Origin: a virus
IMG/VR virus record: IMGVR_UViG_3300040801_002693
Location: 1-64,000 of that record
Reading direction: 5' to 3' (one strand)
DNA length: 64,000 bases
The notes under the pieces are model-generated. The model worked only from the letters and a program-made list of their open reading frames with translations. It made no database searches and was not told where the DNA came from. Shown here piece after piece: positions 32,469 to 40,341 of the stretch (within the stretch, counting starts at the first letter, position 1; every line of letters begins with the position of its first letter). The position numbers and the translations under genes were made by a program.

Positions 32469-34102
32469 ATCAAGGTCGTGATCTTATTCAACTGCAAGCG
32501 ATGAATCGCCCGAGTCGCCGCCACATACAGCGCGTTAAACTCCTGTTCTGGGCCGGTCACACAACGAATCCCGTTTTCATCCTCCTCTACCTTAACCCGA
32601 AAGAAGTCATCGCCCATCAACACCTGCTCGAACTCAAACCCCTTGCTTTTGTGGACGGTACTCAGCACAACATCTGCATCCTCCATCGTCTTGGTTTCCC
32701 CGGCCTGTTCTAGAGTGCGACAAATCCTCGGCAACTCCCGATCGTAGTTCTTCACCAGCTTCACGTAACGGTTCAACTCGGCATCGGTTTCTGCTTCCTG
32801 GGTTAAGGTCTCCCAGTCCTCGTAGGGCTTAATCTCGGGGTGTTTCACCAGGGGATAGTCCTCGTCATACAGTCCCCACACACTCTTGGCGCGCTCAATC
32901 GCATCGCGGATCGAACCGACGACATGAATGCTCCGGCCTCGTGAAACCGCCTCGACCGAATTCTCGAACACGCCCGCATTGGTGCGACTGATGTGTGCGT
33001 AGGGTTGACGGGCATCAATCAACCCAACCTCGGAACGCACTCGCTCGGTGCCTCGGACGGCAGGAATATCCAGGTAATGACTGTGCAGGATTTGAGTGGC
33101 GATCCGGGCAACCACATCCCCGAAGCGATGGGATTTTGTCATGTAGCACAAACCGCCCTTCGCCCGCTTCATCGCATTCGCCGCACCCCGCCAGTCATAA
33201 AGACCCTGGCAGTGATCGCCGACAACGACGACCTGGCAGGTCTGTTGAAGCACAATATCCTCGACACAGGGATTGGTGTCCTGGTACTCATCCACCATCA
33301 GGAAGCGAATCCCCGGAATCACCGGCTTCATCAACTGCCACGCCTTGAGGTACGCATCGTGCTGCATCGGGTACGGATGCTGTTCATCCCAAATCGCCGC
33401 CCACAGGTCAGTCGCCAGACTCAGCAACCGCTGGCGATACCCCATCCAAATCGCTTGGGTCAGCTTCGGCAGTTCCCGATCCTGCCACGCCTCCAGGTCT
33501 TCGAGGGATTCATTCGGATAACGGGCGCAATGATCTTCAATCAGGCGACTCTTAAACCAGTTCTGCGGGCGCAAACTGTCATAGCAATGCTGGATCGTAA
33601 GGGCCTCATCAGCGCTGTGCATGAAGCGATTTAAGGACTGGATCGCCGCAAACGCCACATGCTGATTCGTGACCCCACAGGTGGCCGTCACTCCAAATTC
33701 CTTGATAACCTGAAAGGTCGGCCAGCGCGTGTTCAATCCACTCATTTGCTGCGGGCGCAACACCCCGGCCTCGCGCACCGCTCGGAGGGCGCAGGAATGG
33801 GTGGTTTCACACTGCGTCGTCGGGATAAACTTCTCGCGGGCTTCATCGGCGTTGCGCTTGTTGAAACACCAGAGCTTTCCGACCTGCGGTTTCAGGAAGG
33901 TCAGATACTTCAACAGCGAGGTCTTGCCCGACCCGGCGAAGGCATTGACCACCAGGTTTTCCCCGGCAACCCACCGTCGGCCAATCTCGATTTGTTCGTC
34001 CGTGGGCGCAAAGGGTGGGGCAACGGGTGTCGGCAAAGGCGAGGGAGTCAGATGAAGTTCCTGCTGCGGGAGTGGTTTTCTAAGAGCGGCTATGCGGGGC
34101 AT
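32450..34102 (-). CDS. UvrD/PcrA-family SF1 DNA helicase (550 aa)
   Basis: Walker A AFAGSGKTSLL, motif II LMVDEYQDTNP, and VHKSKGFEFEQVLM. Its RBS lies in the 3' arm of an 8-bp hairpin at 34106-34129. Confidence 0.85.
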   Translation of the reverse strand: MPRIAALRKPLPQQELHLTPSPLPTPVAPPFAPTDEQIEIGRRWVAGENLVVNAFAGSGKTSLLKYLTFLKPQVGKLWCFNKRNADEAREKFIPTTQCETTHSCALRAVREAGVLRPQQMSGLNTRWPTFQVIKEFGVTATCGVTNQHVAFAAIQSLNRFMHSADEALTIQHCYDSLRPQNWFKSRLIEDHCARYPNESLEDLEAWQDRELPKLTQAIWMGYRQRLLSLATDLWAAIWDEQHPYPMQHDAYLKAWQLMKPVIPGIRFLMVDEYQDTNPCVEDIVLQQTCQVVVVGDHCQGLYDWRGAANAMKRAKGGLCYMTKSHRFGDVVARIATQILHSHYLDIPAVRGTERVRSEVGLIDARQPYAHISRTNAGVFENSVEAVSRGRSIHVVGSIRDAIERAKSVWGLYDEDYPLVKHPEIKPYEDWETLTQEAETDAELNRYVKLVKNYDRELPRICRTLEQAGETKTMEDADVVLSTVHKSKGFEFEQVLMGDDFFRVKVEEDENGIRCVTGPEQEFNALYVAATRAIHRLQLNKITTLICEDNG

Positions 34103-34148
34103 GGCGGTTCCTCGGTGAGATGAGGAACCATTTTACCAAAAAACCGAG

Positions 34149-34169
34149 GATTTTACTATCCTGAATGGT
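34149..34169 (-). promoter_or_regulatory. Operator copy TACTATcctgaATGGTG with minus-strand -10 TAAAAT
   Basis: Operator at 34153-34169. On the minus strand it reads CACCATtcaggATAG-TAAAAT. Sits 50 nt upstream of the helicase start. Confidence 0.45.
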
Positions 34170-34181
34170 GAATAGAGGTGT

Positions 34182-34379
34182 TTAACTACCGGGTGGGAGC
34201 CAATGGTTTTCGCTCAACCAATCTAATACTTCCTGCCATTCCTCTTGCGTGAGATTCAGCAGGACATTCTTTGCTACCTCAATCGGGTCGTGTGCCGGGA
34301 ATGGAATCGCCAGGTCACGCAGCAACTCCAGTCGATCCTCTTCCGGTGCGTGATTCCAGGCAAAGCGCAACTTCATCAT
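34182..34379 (-). CDS. Hypothetical protein (65 aa)
   Basis: Co-oriented; ATGA-type overlap with the upstream ORF. Confidence 0.45.
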   Translation of the reverse strand: MMKLRFAWNHAPEEDRLELLRDLAIPFPAHDPIEVAKNVLLNLTQEEWQEVLDWLSENHWLPPGS

Positions 34380-34669
34380 ACAGGCCGATCCTTTTTCTTG
34401 AGGTCGGAATAGGCTGGTCGCGCCTCGATATTCAGGTCACGCATCGCCGCATCCACATCCTCACGTTTCGGAGTCGGGAGTTTTTTTAGGTAGCGATCAA
34501 TGAAATAATCATGCGGGACATTGACGCGCTCACAGGCTTGCAACCCACGCTCAATCCACGCCAGAGGGCGCTTGTAGGTATAAGCCAACTCCCCGGCCTT
34601 GGCCCAAAAGAACCGCTCTAAAACAGCCTCGTGTTCGAGGATTTGGATAGAGGAAGCGTCGTAGGACAT
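34376..34669 (-). CDS. Hypothetical protein (97 aa)
   Basis: 1-nt overlap with the upstream ORF. Confidence 0.5.
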   Translation of the reverse strand: MSYDASSIQILEHEAVLERFFWAKAGELAYTYKRPLAWIERGLQACERVNVPHDYFIDRYLKKLPTPKREDVDAAMRDLNIEARPAYSDLKKKDRPV

Positions 34670-35163
34670 TAGAACAAGTCCTGATAACGGTTCATCATTT
34701 CACTCAGGGGATGCGGGGTCGGACGATCTCTCTGGTAGTCAAATAAGGGTTCGGGCAACCCAAACACGACGCCTTCACTAAACACATCCAAAACGTGCAA
34801 CGTCCAGCCCTGAATGTTCAGAGCATCATTAAACCGCTTGGGAAGGCGAAAGCAGACGTAGCCGCGATCGCCGATGGAACCGTCCTTCTTCTGTGGAACG
34901 CTGACCTTTAACCCATCGGTAGCGATCCGCAGCATCCCCTGGTTCGAGTCGCTATCAATCAGGAAATCGACTCGATCCCGGTTATGCAAATCCAGACGCT
35001 CCATGAGCGACTTGCCGATGCTAAAGCGTACCTCTTTGATCGGCGTATCCTCCGAGGCTTCTTGAGTGATCGGACGGCAATTGGCGATGGTGGCGGACAA
35101 CAGGGCATCCGGTTTCTGAGTGACGCGGACGGGTTTGAATTGGCGAACGGACTCAAAAGACAT
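34669..35163 (-). CDS. Hypothetical protein (164 aa)
   Basis: First gene of the long leftward unit. The ATG is preceded by GGAG. Confidence 0.55.
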   Translation of the reverse strand: MSFESVRQFKPVRVTQKPDALLSATIANCRPITQEASEDTPIKEVRFSIGKSLMERLDLHNRDRVDFLIDSDSNQGMLRIATDGLKVSVPQKKDGSIGDRGYVCFRLPKRFNDALNIQGWTLHVLDVFSEGVVFGLPEPLFDYQRDRPTPHPLSEMMNRYQDLF

Positions 35164-35195
35164 AGTTACTCCGGTAAATGGGTTTCCGCTGCATC

Positions 35196-35216
35196 ATCCT
35201 ACCATAAAAAATAGTA
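35196..35216 (-). promoter_or_regulatory. Leftward operator-promoter (TACTATtttttATGG-TAGGAT on the minus strand)
   Basis: Operator at 35200-35216 and extended -10 at 35196-35204 (plus coordinates). Confidence 0.5.
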
Positions 35217-35231
35217 ATTTCCAGAGAATCG

Positions 35232-35260
35232 TTGCATTTTACTATTTCGGATGGTAGTAT
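35232..35260 (+). promoter_or_regulatory. Rightward operator-promoter TTGCAT-2-TACTATttcggATGG-TAGTAT
   Basis: -35 at 35232-35237, operator at 35240-35256, -10 at 35255-35260 with a TGn extension. Confidence 0.6.
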
Positions 35261-35304
35261 GGCGCTGCTTTTCGAGAAGCCACAACCCCAAACTGAGAGC
35301 AATT

Positions 35305-36849
35305 ATGAAAATCAAGGTTTCCTGTATTGATGCCAATCCGCATCGTGATTTGAAGCGTAACCCATTAAGCGAAGAACAGATTTCAAAATTGGTTGAGTCA
35401 ATCTCCCGCACGGGATTTTGGGACAACCTGGTGGTTCGGCAGCATCCAGACACACAAGACCGATATCAGTTGGCCTATGGGCATAACCGGTTAGCGGCCT
35501 GCCAGCAAATCGGGATTAACGAGGTTGATCTGCCAGTTCGTGACCTGACTGAGTACGACATGTACTGCTGCATGGTTGATGAGAACAACACGCAGCAATC
35601 TATCACTCCGAAAATCATCTTTGAAAACGTCACGGCTGCGCTGGCCTTGGCGGAACGCCTGCTGAGTTCAACTGAAAATGTTGAGCAATTCAACGAGTTG
35701 CTAAAATCAGGCAAGTATTCCACGCGGAATACATCCTTTTTTTGGAGTATTGAGAAATACAACCAAGCCAAATCCTCCATTGCTGAAACCGGTGACGGTC
35801 TAGGGATCGGTTTCATTAAGCACTTCATGCCATCGCCGCCACGCGATGAGACATTACAGACTGTGATTGACTCCTACTATGCCGACCGTCGTAAGAAAGC
35901 AGCCGAACAACGCCGGTTAGCCGCAGAACAGGCACGACTCGAAGCCGAGGAACAGGCAAAAATCGCTGAGGAACATGTGCGTCAGGCACAAGCAGCAGAA
36001 GATCAGGCGTATCGTGAGCAAGAGGAAGCGCGAGAGGCTGCTCGTCAGGCTCAAATGGCGGTAGATGAAGGTATCAAGAAGCGTGACGAGGCAGCACGAC
36101 TCAAGGCGGCGGCAGAACAGGAGCATCAACGTACTGCACAACGCACCGCTGCGCATCGTGAGAAGGAGGCGGCGACTCAACGCGCCAAACACGAGAAGGA
36201 AGCCGCCCGCCGTACCAAGGAAGCCGAGAAGAAAAAGACGGAGGCGCAACGCGAGAAGGAAAAGTCCGAGCGGATGGATTATGCCGGAGTTGATCGGGAA
36301 TTGCTTGAGAAACTTCCTAATCAGAATGTTATGACCAGTATTGTGAATCTAATTAAGACTAAAAAGATTCCAAAGGAATTTCATTCTGAATTAGTGAATA
36401 TTGCGCTTGAGCAGGACTGGACTGGCGACCGGTTTAGCAATCCTCCTCCTACTTGTGTTGCTATTCAAGGGGCGTCTTGGTGGGATATTCGTTCGGGAGA
36501 ACGCGCTAGACGCCTTGAGGAATCTTCTGTTCAAGCCCGTCTTGAGCGGATGCGGAAGCAATTTGGCAGTACTCCTTTTCCTACGACGGTCTTTTCTGTT
36601 GTTGAAAAGCTCAAGACTTCCAATTCAGCCGCAAAATTAGATTTAACTCGTTGCTCAGAATACTTTTGCACTCTTTCTCCTGACGAATTGGAGCGATTAG
36701 TAAAGGTTTTGGTGACGATTAAAGAAGATTGCAATCAATGGATGGATGCAATAATCGGGAAATTGCTTGATTCAAGCCGCCCAAAAGAAAAGGATATCAC
36801 TCCGTTAGCTGTTAAGTCGCTGGAGTTCCAGCCCGAGGAAGTGCAATGA
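35305..36849 (+). CDS. ParB/Srx-like N-terminal domain protein with long charged coiled coil (514 aa)
   Basis: IDANPHRDLKRNPL...LVVRQ...YQLAYGHNRLAA (GHxR box). The 36.9-37.3 kb-equivalent segment of the protein is an AEEQ/KE-rich coiled coil. Start trimmed to the ATG at 35305. Confidence 0.7.
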   Translation: MKIKVSCIDANPHRDLKRNPLSEEQISKLVESISRTGFWDNLVVRQHPDTQDRYQLAYGHNRLAACQQIGINEVDLPVRDLTEYDMYCCMVDENNTQQSITPKIIFENVTAALALAERLLSSTENVEQFNELLKSGKYSTRNTSFFWSIEKYNQAKSSIAETGDGLGIGFIKHFMPSPPRDETLQTVIDSYYADRRKKAAEQRRLAAEQARLEAEEQAKIAEEHVRQAQAAEDQAYREQEEAREAARQAQMAVDEGIKKRDEAARLKAAAEQEHQRTAQRTAAHREKEAATQRAKHEKEAARRTKEAEKKKTEAQREKEKSERMDYAGVDRELLEKLPNQNVMTSIVNLIKTKKIPKEFHSELVNIALEQDWTGDRFSNPPPTCVAIQGASWWDIRSGERARRLEESSVQARLERMRKQFGSTPFPTTVFSVVEKLKTSNSAAKLDLTRCSEYFCTLSPDELERLVKVLVTIKEDCNQWMDAIIGKLLDSSRPKEKDITPLAVKSLEFQPEEVQ

Positions 36850-37499
36850 ACGATTGCGAGAAGATCACCGAAGAACTGGCGTTTACGATAGACGCTGCAA
36901 CAAAATACGCTGATAAGGGCGGTAAGCGAATTCGCACTTGCGAGGACGAATGGTCATTGATTATGGCTGGAAACTTTCTGAAAGCTAATAATCTGACGAT
37001 TGACTGGTGTGGGCCTGATCTTGACCCCTTTGGTTATGAAACGATATGGGAATACTGTGCAGGCGAGTATTTTGGTCGTGACCGGAAAGCGCGAGAAAAG
37101 TCAAACTTTGTTGACTCGCATACGCATATTATGCGGAACGGATTTAATCGCCTGAAAGAACATCTGTTTGAACAGTTCGGTCGCGTGTTATTCGTGGTTC
37201 CACGAACTGAAAGGAATCGCTTGGTTCAGGTGATTACCTTGGATCGAGATTATGTTATTAACTCCAAGGGAGATACTGCATTAAACATTTTCCTTGGTCG
37301 CGATAGTAAGGCGGTAAATGGTCAGTTAATGGCGGTTTATCGGAGAAGCGCAATGATTTATGGCCCGGATAGCGCAAAGATGCAACTCTCCGAGAATCTT
37401 GAATCGGTTATTGCGCAACCGCTGCCGACTCCTCGGCAGAATTCGATGTTCTCGGCGCTTACTGATCAGTCTATGCCTGAGTATCCAGCAGCAGCATAA
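36846..37499 (+). CDS. Hypothetical protein (217 aa)
   Basis: ATGA overlap with the ParB-like gene. Confidence 0.55.
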   Translation: MNDCEKITEELAFTIDAATKYADKGGKRIRTCEDEWSLIMAGNFLKANNLTIDWCGPDLDPFGYETIWEYCAGEYFGRDRKAREKSNFVDSHTHIMRNGFNRLKEHLFEQFGRVLFVVPRTERNRLVQVITLDRDYVINSKGDTALNIFLGRDSKAVNGQLMAVYRRSAMIYGPDSAKMQLSENLESVIAQPLPTPRQNSMFSALTDQSMPEYPAAA

Positions 37500-37510
37500 T
37501 TCATTTATAA

Positions 37511-37536
37511 AGACCCGGTAATTCCGGGTTTTTTAT
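37511..37536 (+). terminator. Rho-independent terminator ACCCGG-taatt-CCGGGT-TTTTTT
   Basis: 6-bp GC stem followed by a T-run, 12 nt after the 37499 stop. Confidence 0.75.
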
Positions 37537-37566
37537 TAATTAAATTCAAATAAGGAATTTTAATAT

Positions 37567-38004
37567 ATGAATAAAGATAAATTTATGGCTTGTTTAGATG
37601 ATGAAGCAACTGACAAGCAGATTGAGGAACTCAATACTTTTATAATAAAAAGAGTCGAACAACGTCCTATCTCTAATGAAACTTTAGAGTATATTGAAAT
37701 AATTTTAAATAAATTGTATCCAAAAGGTATTTGTACCTACAGAAATCTTAGCAATAAATGGAGATATAAAGATACGCAGTTATGGTGTGATATTGCAGAA
37801 CAAGCTGCGGCATTTATATCAAATGATAGTATCCGTATTGAAATACAAGGAGGTTATCCGTCAGATATTTTAATTGATGACTATAGAGAAGGTAGAATTT
37901 ACATTGCTGGAATTGATTATAATCATCGACCAGAATTAACAATTATTAGAATCGACGATGCGATTGAAAGAATGATAAGTGACGAAAGATTTTGGTATAG
38001 ATAA
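37567..38004 (+). CDS. Hypothetical protein encoded by an A+T-rich moron (145 aa)
   Basis: Clearly lower G+C than all neighbours. AAGGA SD. Bracketed by terminators on both sides. Confidence 0.6.
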   Translation: MNKDKFMACLDDEATDKQIEELNTFIIKRVEQRPISNETLEYIEIILNKLYPKGICTYRNLSNKWRYKDTQLWCDIAEQAAAFISNDSIRIEIQGGYPSDILIDDYREGRIYIAGIDYNHRPELTIIRIDDAIERMISDERFWYR

Positions 38005-38011
38005 CCTGCAT

Positions 38012-38043
38012 AAAAAACCCTCCTGGGACAACCCACAGGAGGG
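38012..38043 (-). terminator. Rho-independent terminator (minus strand) CCCUCCUG-10nt-CAGGAGGG-U6
   Basis: 8-bp perfect stem; the plus-strand A6 run at 38012-38017 supplies the U-tract. Ends the 39156-to-38068 operon. Confidence 0.75.
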
Positions 38044-38067
38044 AACCTACCACCGCAGAGCTACCCA

Positions 38068-38238
38068 CTACAGAAAATGGAACCGCTCAGCCTCGACGTA
38101 CTTCCTACCGAAATCCCGCAACGCCTTCGTCACCGCCAGGATCGTTTCCCGATCCAGGTAGTTTTTCTCAACACGTTCCATCATATCCACCAGGAGCGCC
38201 TGTACCGCCTCGCGCTCTTTCTGTGTCGCGTTACCCAT
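38068..38238 (-). CDS. Hypothetical small protein (56 aa)
   Basis: Below the ORF-track cutoff. Its ATG shares one base with the upstream TAA (TAATG). Confidence 0.4.
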   Translation of the reverse strand: MGNATQKEREAVQALLVDMMERVEKNYLDRETILAVTKALRDFGRKYVEAERFHFL

Positions 38239-38468
38239 TATGCCCCCGGAAGCAACGTCGCCCGCACCGCTGCATCCTTCGCTTCGAGCAGTTTGCGCAG
38301 CGCCACCGTCCGTTCAGGGCCAGGGTCTAGGTGATCGCACAGATAAAGCGCGATATCGTGAAACAGGATGGAGGTGGCTTGCAGATGCTCCGGGAGATGC
38401 GTGTAGGCAAACCACTTGAGCATACGTTCGCCTTCTTGCAGAGGTCGGATACTCTCGTCTTTCATCAT
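38238..38468 (-). CDS. Small helical protein with F-x-Y-x-H...ALRKLLEAKDAAVRA pattern (76 aa)
   Basis: ATGA overlap with the upstream gene. The pattern FAYTHLPEHLQ...PGPERTVALRKLLEAKDAAVRA is recalled from a very widespread small phage family. I believe, unverified, that this family includes the cyclic-nucleotide sponge Acb2/Vs.4. Confidence 0.5.
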   Translation of the reverse strand: MMKDESIRPLQEGERMLKWFAYTHLPEHLQATSILFHDIALYLCDHLDPGPERTVALRKLLEAKDAAVRATLLPGA

Positions 38469-38707
38469 TCCGCCCTGATCGTCTCAATCCACGCCAGGAA
38501 CTCCCCGGCATCCGTGTAGATGTCATCCACCTTATTCTTATGCATCGCCATCGCCAGCTTCTTAAAGTGGCCGGGTTCGATGCCGCAGGACTCCTTAATA
38601 GAAGCCACGATCGCGGCCTGATGGTCTTTCTCCCCGTCCGTCCGCACCAGGGAGTTCACGTATTCGCCGAGCGCATTTTTCAGCGTCGTCAGGTCATTGG
38701 AAGGCAA
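38465..38707 (-). CDS. Hypothetical protein (80 aa)
   Basis: Co-oriented; overlaps the upstream ORF. Confidence 0.5.
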   Translation of the reverse strand: MPSNDLTTLKNALGEYVNSLVRTDGEKDHQAAIVASIKESCGIEPGHFKKLAMAMHKNKVDDIYTDAGEFLAWIETIRAE

Positions 38708-38957
38708 TTAAAAGTTCTCCGGTTTGAATGAGGAAATCAATATCTTCTTCGAGGGCTTCGACGGTCACTTTGCCGTCGTACACACCCATGTTGACGAACC
38801 CTTTCCACTTCTCGCGCAACTGTTCGTCGGGCATATCCACAGAGGCGCACCGCACCGTCGCGCTAAAGGCTTGTGGGGTCGGGCGCAGTAACACCTGAAC
38901 CGGGCCGGACTTGCCGATCGCCCGTTTTACCTTGCGCGAGAGTTCATACGGCCCCAC
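38694..38957 (-). CDS. Hypothetical protein (87 aa)
   Basis: Start set to the GTG at 38957 behind a GGAAGG SD; the ORF-track start lies inside the upstream gene. Confidence 0.4.
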   Translation of the reverse strand: MGPYELSRKVKRAIGKSGPVQVLLRPTPQAFSATVRCASVDMPDEQLREKWKGFVNMGVYDGKVTVEALEEDIDFLIQTGELLIAFQ

Positions 38958-39156
38958 GTTGCGCCTTCCATTCTTCGTACTCCGCAACCACCGCCTCGGC
39001 GTTCGGAAGTTCTTCAAACAGCAGGCCCAGGGCGCAAAACAGTCCAGCGATCTCCGAAGTATCCAGTTGTCCCTGCAAAACCTGCATAACCTCCATCACT
39101 TTGTCACGACTAGAACCCGGCAAAAACTCAATGAAATCGTCACCTTCGTAAAACAT
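38944..39156 (-). CDS. Hypothetical acidic protein (70 aa)
   Basis: Start trimmed to the ATG at 39156 (GGAG SD), immediately downstream of the leader terminator. Confidence 0.45.
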   Translation of the reverse strand: MFYEGDDFIEFLPGSSRDKVMEVMQVLQGQLDTSEIAGLFCALGLLFEELPNAEAVVAEYEEWKAQRGAV

Positions 39157-39166
39157 AGGCACTCCA

Positions 39167-39193
39167 TAAAAAAGACGGGCCTTGCGACCCGTC
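39167..39193 (-). terminator. Promoter-proximal intrinsic terminator GACGGGUC-GCAA-GGCCCGUC-U6
   Basis: 8-bp stem (one G-U pair) with a GNRA loop and a U6 run. Begins about 20 nt after the predicted start site of the 39221-39249 promoter and ends 10 nt before the operon RBS. Confidence 0.7.
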
Positions 39194-39220
39194 AATGTTC
39201 CACCACAACAAGGAAAGCGC

Positions 39221-39249
39221 AATCTACCATGCTCAATAGTTGCTTGCAA
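39221..39249 (-). promoter_or_regulatory. Leftward operator-promoter TTGCAA-2-AACTATtgagcATGG-TAGATT
   Basis: On the minus strand: -35 at 39244-39249, operator at 39225-39241, -10 at 39221-39226 with a TGn extension. Confidence 0.6.
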
Positions 39250-39259
39250 GATTTTTCTT

Positions 39260-39272
39260 CTATTCTGAATAG
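39260..39272. promoter_or_regulatory. Palindrome CTATTC-t-GAATAG between divergent promoters
   Basis: Perfect 6-bp arms; candidate binding site for the adjacent XRE protein. Confidence 0.45.
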
Positions 39273-39357
39273 TGATCAGGTAAAATACATTTAAAGCGAT
39301 AAAAATGTAGGCCAAATCGCTTTTTTGGACACCTTCTTACCCGCATTAGGTATTGCC

Positions 39358-39729
39358 ATGCACAAGGAAAATCAACACATTGTTGTGATTGATCCTAATA
39401 ATTCACGAGACTTTTTCATTAAGTTACGTGAAAAGTCTGGCCTAACGCAATCGCAGGCGGCGCGAGAATCCAAAATTGCGCAACAAACCATTTCTTTAAT
39501 GGAGAAGCAAGGGATTCGTTTGCGCACTAACTGGGAAGTGGCGGGACGTTTATTAAAAACCTATGCAAAACATGGCGCTCCATCCTGTTTTGCGCTGATT
39601 TTTAATAACGGAACCTTGCTTACGGAGGAAGCGATTCCGAGTCTTTACACACACGAGCAAACGCTTGAATTGACGAAGGATAAACTCAGAGACCAATTGG
39701 CGGAACTGTTAAAGAATCTGGACGGTTAG
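39358..39729 (+). CDS. XRE-family HTH transcriptional regulator (123 aa)
   Basis: LREKSGLTQSQAARESKIAQQTISLMEKQG is a classic Cro/C1-type HTH. An alternative TTG start lies at 39325. Confidence 0.65.
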   Translation: MHKENQHIVVIDPNNSRDFFIKLREKSGLTQSQAARESKIAQQTISLMEKQGIRLRTNWEVAGRLLKTYAKHGAPSCFALIFNNGTLLTEEAIPSLYTHEQTLELTKDKLRDQLAELLKNLDG

Positions 39730-39783
39730 CCAGGAATCTCGTCGCTCTAAACCCTTGACCCGCAGGAATGCGGGTTTTTTCTG

Positions 39784-39812
39784 TTGATTCCTACCATACA
39801 AAATGGTATCAT
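39784..39812 (+). promoter_or_regulatory. Rightward operator-promoter TTGATT-2-TACCATacaaaATGG-TATCAT
   Basis: Perfectly palindromic operator at 39792-39808. -10 at 39807-39812 with a TGn extension. Confidence 0.6.
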
Positions 39813-39993
39813 GGGTTTCGTTTTTAGGAGAGACCCTTTGAAAAAACCAATGGCGACTCGACTGAAGTCAGATGAACCGCATTTACCGCATTGGCCGATT
39901 CCTTCTGCACTTCCTGAAAGGGTAGATCGGCTGAATTGGACGGGAGCAATCGCAGTGATTGCATTAATGGTAGTCATTTCAATGGTGTGGTGA

Positions 39994-40341
39994 ATGAATC
40001 TATCTGAATTGTTTTCACCAAAAAAACTCATTCGTTCGTTTGCTTGCTGCGCCGCCGATCGGGAAATGAGTCTCGATGAGATTCAGATGCTAGAGATCGC
40101 GCAAGAGCAACACGCCGACCAACTTCTCAGCGACCCGGTTGAGTATGCCGGGATGCTAGAGAACCTGGATGACCCGATGATTGTTGAGCGGGTGGCGAGC
40201 GCGATGCATCGGCTGTTCAACGCGACGGCATTGGAAGAACACGATGCGGTCATGCAGTGGCGGCGGGCCTGGGCCTCGGTCGCCGATGCGCAAGCGATCG
40301 AACAACTCAACGAACAATGGGAGAGCGACTTTGGACGATGA
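39994..40341 (+). CDS. Hypothetical protein (115 aa)
   Basis: First sizeable ORF of the rightward recombination operon. Confidence 0.5.
   Translation: MNLSELFSPKKLIRSFACCAADREMSLDEIQMLEIAQEQHADQLLSDPVEYAGMLENLDDPMIVERVASAMHRLFNATALEEHDAVMQWRRAWASVADAQAIEQLNEQWESDFGR

Noticed and set aside
32993-34123. Plus-strand ORFs of 213, 117, 154 and 108 aa opposite the UvrD-like helicase
   Set aside because: Antisense shadow ORFs with Arg/Pro/His-rich composition. The helicase frame carries all SF1 motifs.
39747-40031. 94-aa minus ORF and 69-aa plus ORF (39784-39993) downstream of the XRE gene
   Set aside because: The minus ORF is antisense to a predicted promoter. The plus ORF begins inside the promoter hexamers. 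A shorter 47-aa membrane peptide starting at 39850 is possible, but its SD is poorly placed, so it is not called.
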